A stretch of 64,000 bases of DNA from Eledone cirrhosa (taxonomy: Eukaryota): contig OZ024747.1 of assembly GCA_964016885.1 (NCBI GenBank), positions 68,014,001 through 68,078,000 on the forward strand. The letters are read 5' to 3'. A program made the position numbers and the translations under genes. The notes under the pieces were generated by a model that worked only from the letters and a program-made list of their open reading frames with translations, did no database searches and was not told where the DNA came from. Shown here in pieces: positions 24,557 to 37,401 of the stretch. Position 1 is the first letter of the stretch. Every line of letters begins with the position of its first letter.

Positions 24557-27500
24557 ATCATCATCATCGTTTAACGTCCGTGTTCCACGCTTGCATGGGT
24601 TTGGACGGGTTTTTCCCACTTGAGGCAAGAGTGATTGTCTTGCTCGTATAGGACTGTCTGGCGGGTTTTCTACAGCTGGATGCCCTTCCTAACACCAACC
24701 ACATTTACAGTGTGGGTCTGGGAGGTTTTTACCGTGTTGCCTACATGGCCACATTACAGCGGGGACTGTGTTTTTTTATTTTTGTCGTGACACCTACACG
24801 ATCTCATTTGTTTCGGCCTGGATGTTGTGGCACCAACATAACTTTACATTGAAAGGGGCGGTGTGGATGGGGTGGGGTGGTGGGACGGGGGTGTATTTTG
24901 TTAGAGATGCCTACTGACTGTAGTAGGTTTTACTTTGTATTTAGGTAAGGCGGGTCTTCTCTATTACTGAGTACCGCCAAAGGTCTCGGTCCAGTGACAT
25001 TGTCTTGGAGAGGTGTAAGTGTGTGAGGTCGGAATTTATCAGCTCGTCCCAGGTTTTTCTGGGTTTGCCTACTCCGTAGCTACCGTCTATCTTTATTGCC
25101 CTGCACTTTGTTATACAGCTGTCGTCTTTCATGCGCATCACGTGACCATACCAACGTAGCCTTCTCTCGAGTAAACAACATCTGATCCCTCTTATTTTTA
25201 ATTTTTTCCTTAGTTCGCTTATGCTTTGCCGTTCACATATGTTACTATTACACATCCAGCGGAGCATGCAAGCTTCGTTCCTCTCTAGTCTGCGTATATC
25301 CTCTGCACACAATGCCCAGGTCTCACTGCCATGCAACATTGCTGTTCGTATGCAGGCATCATACAACCTGCCTTTCATTTTTAGGGAGAACCCTTTAGTG
25401 GCTAATAGTGGTATAAGCTCTCTGAACTTTTTCCATCCAGTTCTGACTCTAGCTACTGTACTTTCAGAGCACCCTCCCCCACTGCTGATTTTGTCACCCA
25501 GGTAACGGAAGCTATCCACTATTTCTATAGAACCCTCTGCGCAATTGAAAGAGCTAGTATTTTGTGGGCACTTGTTGCTACTTATTGCACCAGAGCACCA
25601 GCCACATGTAAAATCTATGTTCTTAGTTAGCTTACCTGTGGTCCCACTACATCTTTTATGCACCCATACTTTGCATTTGGGACATAAAATGGAGTTTCTA
25701 CCTACGCCTTTCCTACACACTGAGCATGGCCATTTCCCGGAACGGACCGTCGCCTTATTTTCTTTCCTACAAAGTAGAACTTTGGTCTTAGCCAGGTTAA
25801 TTTTAAGCCCTTTTGATTCTAGGCCATGCTTCCATGTTTGGAATTTCTTCTCTAGCTCGGCCATTGATTCAGCTATGAGCGTTAGATCATCTGCGTATAG
25901 GAGTTCCCATGGGCAGCCGGTCTTGAACTCCACTGTTATAGCCTGAAGGGCAATAATAAATAGTAGGGGGCTAAGAACAGAGCCCTGATGTACACCAACT
26001 TTTACACTAAACTCTTCACTATATTCGTTGTTAATTCTAACCTTGCTGACTGTTTCTTTATACATGGCTTGTATAGCTCTCACAAGCCATTCGTCAACAC
26101 CTAGTTTTCTAAGAGCCCACCAGATAATGGAACGGGGGACTCTGTCGAAGGCTTTCTCCAAGTCAACAAAAGCTAAGTATAGGGGTTTACTTTTAGCTAG
26201 GTACTTCTGTAGTTGTCGTACAATGAAAAGAGCGTCTGTGGTACTTTTGCCTGAAACAAAACCGAACTGCATTTCATCTAGATCAATTCTCTCTCTGATT
26301 AGTTGCGCTATAACTTTTTCCGTGACCTTCATGACCTGGTTGATTAATTTAATGCCTCTATAGTTACTCCTATCTAGGGCATCTCCTTTACCCTTGTAAT
26401 AGTTAATGATGATGCTGCTACGCCAGTCCTTCGGAACAACCCCATTCTGTATGACTTGGTTTACTATCCGGGTGACCATGGTGTGTCCCACCGTTCCAGA
26501 CGCTTTCAGCATCTCAGCAACTATTTCCGAAGGCCCAGCCGCCTTACCCATCTTCATATATTTGATTGCCTTACTTATTATACTACCTTCGACTAACACT
26601 GCCGGTCCCTCTATTGGGTCGATGTGGGGGAGACTGTCTTTCTCCCATTTATTCTCCTCATTTAGAAGCCTTTCGTAGTGACACTTCCAAGCTACCTTCT
26701 TATCAGCGTCAGTGATGGCAAGTACACCATCATCATTAAGTACACACTTCTCCCCGACAATATCACGGTTTTCCTTGACACATTGCCTAGCAATCCTGAA
26801 CACCTCACGTTTTTGGTCCTCACGTTGTAGAACATGCTTGAACTTTCTTTCCTCTGCTTCTCTTCTTGCGAAGTACACTTGTCTCCTAGCTTCCCTCCTG
26901 GCCACTTGATAGTCTTCTCTACTTCCCCCATCCCGCCATACTTTCCAAGCCTGCTTTTTGGCCTTAATTGACTCCTCCACCTTACTGTTCCACCACCATG
27001 TTACTCTCCTCCTACCTACAGGCCTGCTCCAGCCACAGACTTCGTCTGCCGCCGTCAGCAGGTTTGCTTTCAGGAATTCCCACTGTTCCTCTATATTATC
27101 TGACTCCAATTGTTCTTCCTTACTGTCGAAAGCATCAAGTAACATGCTTTGGAATTTATTTCTGGCTGTGGGGTCCTTTAACTTCCATATTTTTCTCCTG
27201 AGGATAGTCCTCTTCTGTTGTCTAGTACGTCTCGTCCTGACTATGAGGTCGCTAATTAGCAGTCGCTAATTAGCAGTCTATGTTGGGAGGTGCATTCTTC
27301 ATGGGGGAGGGATTTAGTGTTTACAACAGACACTCTGTCACGTCTTCTGGTAAGGATATAATCTACCTGGCTGGTATGTTCCCCCGATCTGTAGGTGATC
27401 AAGTGATTGTCTCGTTTTTTGAAGTTAGTGTTACAGATAGTTAGGTTATTTGCATCACAGAATTCCAGGATTCTGGAGCCTTCCTCATTTCTAGTACCGA

Positions 27501-28493
27501 ACCCATAGCCTCCGTGGATTCCGTCATAGCCGTCACAATGTTGACCAACGTGGCCATTTAGGTCGCCAGCAATAATTATATAGTCACTGTCGGTTATTTG
27601 GGAGGTAGTGAGCATCAGTGTCTCATAGAATCTGTCTTTTGTAGCGCCAGGGAGTCCGGATTGGGGTGCGTATGCAGATATTACTGTCACAGTAGTTCTA
27701 TTTAGAACAAGTCTTATTTTAATTATTCTGTCATTTACTCTATTTACATATATTATCTTATCCACCCATTTTTCTGCTAACATGATTCCTACCCCACCTA
27801 TCCCATTGTCATTTCCCACCCAGAAGAGCTTATAGCAACGTTTTTTACCCACAATGAATCTAGCAGACCCGCCCCTCCACCTGGTCTCTTGGATACAGCA
27901 AACATCAACCTCCTTATGTTCAAGCATTTCTACAACCTCGTTAGAGCGGCCTTTTAAGGTGCCTACATTTATGGTACCAACTCTGAAGTTTTGGATTGTG
28001 TTTGGAGGATGGGGCGCAGGGATGGGTGAGGGGGATGGGGTTATGTTGGCCATCCGCGGCCGAAACAAAGAGGAGGGGGACTTGCCCTTTCGTCCGGCAG
28101 CATGAGGTGAATTTGTCGTTATCTTTGGCATTGTCATCGAGTGTCCAGATTCTTCAGACTCTCCAGAAATTCCTTAGTCCATCCATCATATCGAAAAGCA
28201 GCCAGAAGTGATAGCATAGGCTGTTGACTTGTGATTGGTCCAAATAATAAGGTGGAGAGTGGGGGCGGGAGGGAGGGGTATGGGGTAGTTAGCAAAGTGG
28301 GGTAGTTAAAAATATAGTTAAAAATACAAGAAGATTATTTAGAAACAACCAGACAGAATTATAGAATAGAATAAATATGAATGAATGAACCGATAGGCTG
28401 GAGAGAGATCAGAAAAATGGCATTTACATTATAATTCGCAGGAACGAGGTCTCACCATTTTTGAGCGTTGACAAATTCTCCCATTTTTGAGCG

Positions 28494-28497
<4 letters not shown>
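24557..28497 (-). mobile_element. Full-length RTE-clade LINE (subfamily A), about 3.9 kb
   Basis: 5' UTR, APE endonuclease frame, RT frame, 3' UTR and (GAT)n tail. Both ends abut (TA)n. Confidence 0.93.
24941..28137 (-). pseudogene. RTE ORF (APE endonuclease + reverse transcriptase + PHD-type finger) disrupted by one frameshift
   Basis: 28137-27256 has APE motifs (TINVGTL, IQETRW, SAYAPQ, GDLNGHVG, QVDYIL, QHRLL). 27145-24941 has RT motifs (NYRGIKL, QFGF, FVDLEKAFD, GVHQGSVLSP, YADD). Removing the 14-bp duplication at 27248-27275 gives one 1060-aa frame. Confidence 0.92.
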
Positions 28498-28554
<57 letters not shown>

Positions 28555-29707
28555 ATGTATGCACACATATACACAAAAATTGTTGCAGCATTAAGAAGTT
28601 TGTTAGACTGAATAAGAAGTATATTTTATGTATCTCTGTATACATGATAGGAATTCTTTTTGTCTGAAGCCTGGAAGCTTTTGGTTCTACAAGCACAATG
28701 ATAAAAAAAAAACAGAAACCCACTTCCTTTTTATCTGGTTCGATTAGAATGTTTTCATCCCAATGATATTAAAAGACAACAACAACCTTATTACATGACA
28801 ACCTGTCTAACACATGCAAACATGGAACATAGTTGTTAAACGATGATGATGATACATATTCTACTCATGCAGAAACATGCCTATAAACAGTTGTTTATAA
28901 AAACAATATATATAATCATACATATGTAAACAGCACATACATGTATGAACATACACACATACATGAATTACATATATAACATACATGAATAGTGATATTT
29001 ACAAAAGCAAAAGAGGTTTAAAACAAAAGATATGATTCACCTGACTGAAGATGAGGACAGTGGAAGAACCAGTGGAGTTAGTGAATATGAAGTATATAAC
29101 ATCATAGTACACAGACAGAACTCAACAATAATCCTCAACATGAGGAAGTAATGAGAAGTGGGTGGAGGCAATGAGAAATAGAGACAGATAGATAGATAAA
29201 TATATAGAGAGAAGCTTGATGAAAGTGTTTGTTGGTTTGGGTGCAATTACTCAGCCGTAGCAAAACCAGACATGACTTTACACACACACACACATAAAAA
29301 GGCTAGATTAAAACCTTTAGATGCCCTAAACACTGAAAAGATTATGGTACCTCTATATACTGTACTGGACCCCTGCCCCTCTATATGCGCTTATTTTGCT
29401 TTATGGTTTAATCCAGTAGTGGACATACATCAGCATTCTCACAAATAAGTTGTTTTAAAACTTTGTTAGAACATTGCTTCTGGGAACTCTTTGCTCTGAG
29501 TTCAAATCATGCTGAGGTCAACTTTGTCTTTCGTTCTTTTGAGGTCAATAAAATACTAGTCCAGTACTAAGGTCGATTCTTCCTTTTCCTTTATTTTTCA
29601 CTTTCTCTCTCTCCGAGAGTACTGGACTAGTATTTTATTGACTTCAAAAGAACGAAAGACAAAGTTGACCTCAGCATGATTTGAACTCAGAGCAAAGAGT
29701 TTTAGGA

Positions 29708-29906
29708 AACAACAACAACAATGATGACAACAACAACAATGATGATGACAACAACAATGATGATGACAACAACAATGATGACAACAACAACAATGATGAC
29801 AACAACAACAATGATGACAACAACAACAATGATGACAACAACAATGATGACAACAACAACAATGATGACAACAACAACAATGATGACAACAACAATGATG
29901 ATGACA
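29708..29906. repeat. Compound (AAC)n-AAT-GAT-GAC tandem repeat
   Basis: 15-18-bp units. Source of the N/D and M/T-rich ORFs. Confidence 0.95.
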
Positions 29907-30152
29907 ATAATAGAAAACTTAAATAATGCCCAAAAAATAAAGAATACAAAAATTAACTGATGGCAGAGGACATTTGGGACACAAATAGAAATTAGAAAAA
30001 AAAAACAAAAACAACTAGCATGTCTGTCTGTCACCTGACACTTTGATACACTGGACTTGAAATTAGAGTAGTGTGCTGGCTGAATCATGTGATTTTGTGT
30101 CTGTATATATACGAGTCCCCCTCCCCCCCATATATATATATATAAGCAATTA

Positions 30153-30336
30153 TTTGTTTCTACTTTAGGCACAAGGCCAGCAATTACCCAGTGCATTACT
30201 GGTACTTTATTTTATCGACCCCGTAAGGATGAAAGGCAAAGTCAACCTCGGCGGGATTTGAACTCAGAACGTTAAGGGACGTAACTATGCTGGAAAGCAG
30301 GGCGTCCGACCCTCTACCGATACTGCCAATCCACCA
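30153..30336 (-). mobile_element. Young SINE family 1 copy (short variant)
   Basis: Minus strand has an A-box-like TGGCAGTATCGG, B-box GAGTTCAAATCCC and core GCCTTTCATCCTTACGGGGTCGATAAAATAAAGTACC. Near-identical copies at 33197, 39677 and 50395. Confidence 0.8.
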
Positions 30337-30437
30337 TTATATATATAAGCAATTATTGCACCAAGAAAAGAGAGAAAGAATTTATTTTCTTGTGTGTGCG
30401 TGTGCGTGTGCGTGTGCGTGTGCGTGTGCGTGTGCGT

Positions 30438-30497
<60 letters not shown>

Positions 30498-30985
30498 CGT
30501 GGGATCAACTGTTTTAATTTAGTTCGTGTTTCGTGATTTGTCTTTCTTTTTCCATGTTACTGCTATTGTTGCTGTTATGATGTCATTTTTGCACTTGTTT
30601 CCTTAAATGTTGGATAGCTTAGGTGTGGCGTTGCTTTAATTCAGATACCTCTCCTATTTTGAATTGTCATCTTGTAATTGTTTTCACCATTATTATACTT
30701 TTACAGTCGATTGACAAGATACCAAACCACATTCGCTTAACGAGTGGGGTGGAGCTCATCAAATCGGACACTTTTACAGTGATAATTATTAAAACAATTT
30801 ATTAAAGCTAATTGCTGCATTAAGTTTTATAGGTACATAGGTATTTCATTTGATAATACACAATGTATATTATTCTGTCTCAGCTTTAGACTTTAGGATA
30901 CACTTCTTTTGACAAATGTTATAGATATGTCATCACTAATCACAGACAGGCAATATACTATAATGCTGGCACAAGCATTATATAC

Positions 30986-31032
<47 letters not shown>

Positions 31033-33196
31033 CAAGTTAATATAAATTAATATATTTGATAAACACAAATACCAACATATCCGTGTTTGTATTGTAAATG
31101 ACTAAGTTAGCTAGATTGAAAAATACTTATATTAACTTGTATTACACGGCTCAGAAATACTTCTTCCTTTGAGCTATTTCATTGTAAAGGACTGCCTGAG
31201 TTTTGAACTCATTATTAATAGTATATATATATATACAATATACTATGTCGACACAAACATTAAAAGTAAATGTTGTGAGAGATCCGAGGCCCCAGTGTTT
31301 AGCAAATGAAATTGAATGGAGAAAATATAGAGATTTTGAGGACTCTTCAGTCTGGCCTAGCATTATGACAACCTCCTTAGCGTTGGTGTCATGATACATG
31401 CACCCAGTTCACTCTGAAAAGTGGTAACACTGGTGTCATGAAAAATGCACTCAGCACACACCTTAAGATGGTTGGCATTAGAAAGAACACTCAGCTGTTG
31501 AAACCATGCCAAATTTGTAGCACAATGAGCATGACTGCTTGCTCTGACTCATCTGGTCTTGAACTGTAATAACCCAGCCAGCCCATACCAGTGTGGAAAG
31601 AGGATGTATGATGATGATGTTGATAAGGAGAGAGAGAGAGAGAGAGAGGGTGGGGATATTAAAAACAAAAACAAAAATACAACTTTTCTTTAGAAAAATA
31701 AATACATAAACTGTAAATAAATCAAAGATGACTTTTATCTGAATAAAAACGATTATATTTTTTGAATAATTGTTAATTAAATATATAAATATCTGAGATG
31801 AGTTGCTGTTAACACAATTATAATTTTTAGGAATATTAACCTCGTCCCATATAAATGAAAGTCTTTAACACTTTCATTATCATATTTCTAATGAAAGACA
31901 CTCAGTAATATAACAAACTTTTGGAAGATAACTTAAAAAGTGCTCTTACATAAAATTATGATGGAAGGTTTTTAGATAATTCTATAAGATTTTAAACAGC
32001 AGTTTCGTGTGGTTTGGTATAGAAAGGGTTAAATATTTATATCTACATTAAGTTGATTAGTTGGGTCTCCAATCATCAGGTATCTTATTATTGGAGATAT
32101 TCATAAAACCAGACAAAATGTTCAAATTAAGAACATTTATTTCCAAGCTAATTATGACAACTCTTCTGAAAAAGAGCTGATCATCAGATCAAACCAAGGA
32201 AACAATGCTTCCTGTGATCTTTTCATCTGCTTGTCATAACCTTTGGCGGAAAGAGGCAGGATTTGAACTCAGACCACACTGATCTTTATCAAATACCACA
32301 AAGCATCCCATATGAATCTTCTGCTAATCAACTGCCCCTAGACTGATACTTTATTCAGACCCCTGAAGAAATGAAAAGCAAAGTTAACCTCAGTGAGGTT
32401 TGAATTCAGAGTGCAGTGAGGAGGGAAAATGCCAAGGCATTTAATTCAACACCCTAACAAATCTGCCAATTCACCATCTTTAACATTTTTGATAACCTAC
32501 CAATGACTGTCTCTCAAAATCACTCATTTTAAAGGGTTCCTATTTAAATTAAAATCTTCCAACATAATTTGATATAAGAATTTTTTCTTGATGAAGTCAC
32601 ACTATATCACTGGTAAACTAGGAATATCAAATTTGACTTTTGGCTAAATTCCTAATTCCAGATATAAGAAAAGCCCATTTTAAAACCAGGGCAAACTAAA
32701 ACTAAATCAGCCAATCACAATAAAGACTAGCCTTCACTGCCACTGATGGGTGATTTTATGAGTTCTTTTGTATAATTTTTCAGTTTTGATAACAAGCAAA
32801 GGTCAGTATAAACAAGCATGTCTATGAAAAAAGACAGACGTTTTACAATGTAAGAATACTGAGGAACAAGAATTTGATCAGATATATTAAGACGACAATT
32901 TGGTATCAGTTGACTATAATGATAATTTCGAAACTGAAGATGAAACGGAGAGAGATGTTGATATTTCAACAAGGAGGTGCGGTGCTCAAACAGCTGATGG
33001 AAGCAGAGATAAAGGGGATTTTAATTCCAGCTGAAATAGCATTTTGCAAAAAAAAAAAAAATGCTGAAATTCTATATAAGAAAATATATTATAAACATTC
33101 TAGTAGAAACATAGAATTTAGAAAGTACCATTTTAAAAAAAATACAAGGAATAGAATTATCTTTATTAAAATTTAAGAAAGTATCAGAAGATAATA

Positions 33197-33740
33197 ATTG
33201 TTTCTACTTTTGGCACAAAGCCAGCGATTATCCCAGTGTATTACTGGTACTTTATTTTATCAACCCCGTAAGGATGAAAGGCAAAGTTAACCTCAGTGGG
33301 ATTTGAACTCAGACCATGCAAAGCATGGTATCCGACCCTCTACCGATACTGCCAAACCACTGTCCCCAGAAGATAATAATGAAACAATTTACAGCTAACA
33401 AGCTTACTATTGTGCATTAGTATCTATACTAAAATAAAACAAAAATTATTAGGTTTAAATTTGTGGTGTGTATATTAAAAAGTATAGGCTGGGGAGTCCA
33501 GGTGCAGATATGGATTATCTCATATAAATAATTGTTTCTACTTTAGATACAAGGTCAGTAATTTGAGGTGGGGAGGGTCGATTAAATCGACCCTAGTGTA
33601 TTACTGGTGCTTTATTTTAATGCCACCGTAAGGTTGAAAGGCAAAGTTAACCTTGGCGAGATTTGAACTCAGAATGTAAAGAGCCATAACTCTATGCTCC
33701 AAAGCATGGTGTCCGACTCTCTACCAATACAGCCAATCCT
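33197..33740 (-). mobile_element. Two SINE family 1 copies (33197-33362, 33530-33740)
   Basis: Diagnostic SINE motifs as above. Confidence 0.75.
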
Positions 33741-34619
33741 TATCTCGTATAAATAATGAAATAATCAATAAATTTTACCCAATCCTTTCAAATTCTTTTA
33801 TTAGTTTAAATACAGTGTATATCATTAGAATTATGGCTATGTAAATGTTAAAGATGAGGTTAATAACCTGAAACATTTATAAACCTGTTATGTCTGTAAA
33901 GAATGTAATATGTTAATAGTGGCACTAAGCATCAATATAAGTTCCATTTCATTAGCTCTCAACACAGCAGAACACCAGCAAAAGCAGAAGCAATAAATCA
34001 ATGCAGAAAAATAAATAAACAATAAAAATACAGTTATAATAAACAAAAAATATAGATAATTATAATATATATAATTTTAAAGATATACAAAAATAATAAA
34101 TATAACAACACCGTGATTTAACCGACTGTATCCGGCCAGATTTCTCTCACCTCTTTCTATTCAAACCAGCTGTAACTGGCGGCTCATACTAATGTTAAGG
34201 TATTGTTTTCAAAATAAATACTATCAGAATCTCATATATTCAATATTATGTGAGATAATTATGTGAGATAAAGCCTTTACCACAAAAATACAATAGTAAA
34301 TATAGAATAATGTAAATGCTAAAGGGTTAATGTAGTCATGTGCAAATTGCAGCCTGTTTGGGTTTAGGACTGTCATGCCTAATTTCAAAATGACACTGAA
34401 TGTTTTTAGTAGTATGTCTTGCCTTAAGATATGCCACATCTCATATGGTTCACTGCTCAAGATTGCCCATGCATATTCTAATGTTTACAAAAACCAAACC
34501 ACAGCCATTACATTGTTTATCATCAATTATGTTTAGAACTAAATTGCAGGTATATTTAGTATTGTTTCTACCTCAAGTGTGTGTAGAGAGAGAGAGAGAG
34601 AGAGGCATTCACTGTATCA

Positions 34620-34840
34620 TTAACCCTTTAGCATTTAAATCGCCCGTATCCGTCCAGAATTCTCTCACCTCTTTCTATTCAAACCAGCTGTAACTGGCCA
34701 CTCATACTGATATTAAGGTATTGTTCTCAATGTAAATAATATCAAAATCTCATAGCTATATAGCATAATTATGTGAGATAAAGTGTTTACCATGAAAATA
34801 CAATAGTAAATATAGAGTAATGTAAATGCTAAAGGGTTAA
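34620..34840. mobile_element. piggyBac-type MITE
   Basis: Perfect TIR TTAACCCTTTAGCATTTA / TAAATGCTAAAGGGTTAA. A sister copy lacking the left TIR lies at about 34120-34329. Confidence 0.88.
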
Positions 34841-35405
34841 ACAAGCTATCACTCTAATTAGCATTCACAGAAGCTATAAACACACAGTCAGTTTTACTTA
34901 GCATACATTGTAGCATTAAACATATATTCTCATTCACATTTAGTATCCATAGAGACAATAAACAGGCTGTTACTTCCATTTAGCATTCACAAAGCATCAA
35001 ACAAACAATCTGTTTTACTTAGCATTTGAAATGTAGGCATCTTAACATAAATTACTTTAACAATATATAATCACTATAAATAATAAAGAAAATCAGGTAA
35101 AGTAACTCTGGAGGCAGAAAAAGGTGAACAGAAACACCTGTGAAGAATAGTTATATTATCATTCAATGAAGCAATCACTTCCAGTAAGCATTCAGACAGA
35201 ATGAACATTTTAACCCTTTTGTTGTTATATTTCTAATGAAAGAAAGCCTAATAATTTCAATAATTTCAAATAATTTTGAAAATATCCAAGAACTTGAAAA
35301 GATTTAGTAACATACATAGCTAGCTTATTAGTGGTTTGGGACATAACTAAACAAAGGTTCTTACATGAACTCATAATGAAAGGTCTTCAGGTAAATATAA
35401 ACACT

Positions 35406-35634
35406 TTAACCCTTTAGCATTTAAACTGGCCATATCAAGCCAGAATTCTCTCACCTCTTTCTGTTCAAACCAGTTGTAACCAGCCACTCATACTGATGTT
35501 AAGGTATTGTTCACAAAATAAATGATATCAAAATCTCATAGATTCGATATTATGTGAGATAATTATGTGAGGTAAAGCCTTTACCATGAAAATATAATAG
35601 TAAATATAGAGCAATGTAAATGCCAAAGGGTTAA
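35406..35634. mobile_element. piggyBac-type MITE
   Basis: TTAACCCTTTAGCATTTA ... TAAATGCCAAAGGGTTAA. Confidence 0.88.
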
Positions 35635-36270
35635 AATAAACAGTTTCATATCATAGAACCAAGAGGGGTATCAGGCAGCTTGGTATGAAAAATGGCTAAG
35701 CAAAAATTAAACTACATAGGTCATATTAAGTTAGTCATAGAAATAATTTTAGGTTAAGAAAATCTCAGCCTAACAAACTATTTGTTAAAATTCCTTTCTT
35801 CAATTGTAAATGACATCTTCAGGTTTAAAGCTTTTGATAGCAAATCACCCGCATTTCTAGAATACAAGACTGTTTGTTTAAAGTTTTTATATTTATCTAA
35901 AAACATTCCATGATAATATTATGGAAGAAATTGTCTTAAGTTATGCTCAAAACACATAAGGTTATATCATTATATATCCTTTATGGCCTGAGTTCAAATC
36001 CCGCCGAGATTAACTTTGTCTTTCATCCTTACAATTATTATATCCTTCAAAATTCTTGATAATTTCCAAAATTGTTTGAAAATCATAAGCAGTGTTTTTC
36101 ATTAGATTTATTTAAATCTTGGATTTTAATATTCTGTTCAATTTAGGAAGCTTTTGATGTTCCAAACTATTCCTGGGAAACTATTTGTGTGTGAATGTAA
36201 ATGTGTACATTTATGGCTGTACAATTTTCTTATTTATACAGTATGTGTGTGTAAGCATGTGCATACACAC

Positions 36271-36321
<51 letters not shown>

Positions 36322-36710
36322 ATATATGGCCAAATAGACAGACATTTATGAGAGATACAAAGAGTATATACCTCCTCTCACTCCCTGCTAATGACTAATG
36401 CACAACTAAGTTGTGTGGGTTTTTATTTCATATTTTAAATAAAAGCATTTATCATTCTTGTTCAGCTGCTAACCCAAAGTTTTAAGTTAAATGCATCACA
36501 TCCCCATCCACATAGAATAGCCTATTATTTACAGAAGATTGGTTACCATAGGTGCAGGCATGGCTCTGTAGTTAAGGAGTTTGCTTTGCAGCCATATGGC
36601 TCTGAATTCAGTCTTGTTGCATGACACTTTGCGCAACTGTCTTCCACAATAGCCATGGGGAATGGTGCCATGTGACTGGAATTTGGCAGATGGTAACTGC
36701 AGAAGTCCAT

Positions 36711-36744
<34 letters not shown>

Positions 36745-36897
36745 AGTGTGTGTGTGTGTGTGTGTGTGTTTGTTTCTGCTTACATAGCATAACTTAGCAA
36801 TTCAAGAAAAGGGAAAAAAAAGAGATTGGTAAAAGTACTGGAGTAAATATGACTTGACTAAATCAAAGTGGTACCCCAGGATAGGCATAGCCTAGTT

Positions 36898-37061
36898 CAG
36901 GCATGGGCAACTTTTTTCGAGCAGTGAGCTGTATAGGATGTGGCTCATCATAAGGCGAGTTGCACTACTAAAAAATTCAAGGCAATTTTGAAATTAGGGG
37001 TGCCATTCAGAAAGCCAAATGGGCCACATATGGCTTGCAGGCCACAGTTTGCCCATGACTG
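36898..37061. mobile_element. hAT (Charlie-like) MITE
   Basis: TIR CAGGCATGGGCAA / TTGCCCATGACTG. Flanks GCCTAGTT / GTCTAGTG form an imperfect 8-bp TSD centred on CTAG. Confidence 0.65.
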
Positions 37062-37161
37062 GTCTAGTGAGTGAAACCAATAAAACATAAATGAATAACA
37101 GTCTTAAAGTTCTCTACATCTTCTAACATTGTTGTTGCTACAGCTTATATCTAAACAACTC

Positions 37162-37401
37162 TTAACCCTTTTGATACTAAACTGTCTGAAACCACCCTTA
37201 GTTTGATGATATAGAATCACTTATTTAAAACCTTGTATCATAATTCTATGTAAGAAACTTTAAGTTATGCTCCAGTCACCAGCTTAAAAATGTGAAACTT
37301 AGTTATATTACTAAATCCCTGAAAATTCTTGATTATTTTCCAAATTCTTTAGAAATCATAGGCAATGTCTTTCATTAGAATTATGGCAACAAAAGGGTTA
37401 A
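37162..37401. mobile_element. Second TTAA-MITE family copy
   Basis: TTAACCCTTTTG ... CAAAAGGGTTAA. Internal sequence is related to 23020-23430, 31867-32032 and 35211-35400. Confidence 0.7.

Noticed and set aside
14980-28211. Plus-strand ORFs overlapping the RTE copies
   Set aside because: Antisense shadows of the LINE coding frames.
29671-30196. N/D-, M/T- and L/S-rich ORFs
   Set aside because: Translations of the AAC/GAT compound repeat.
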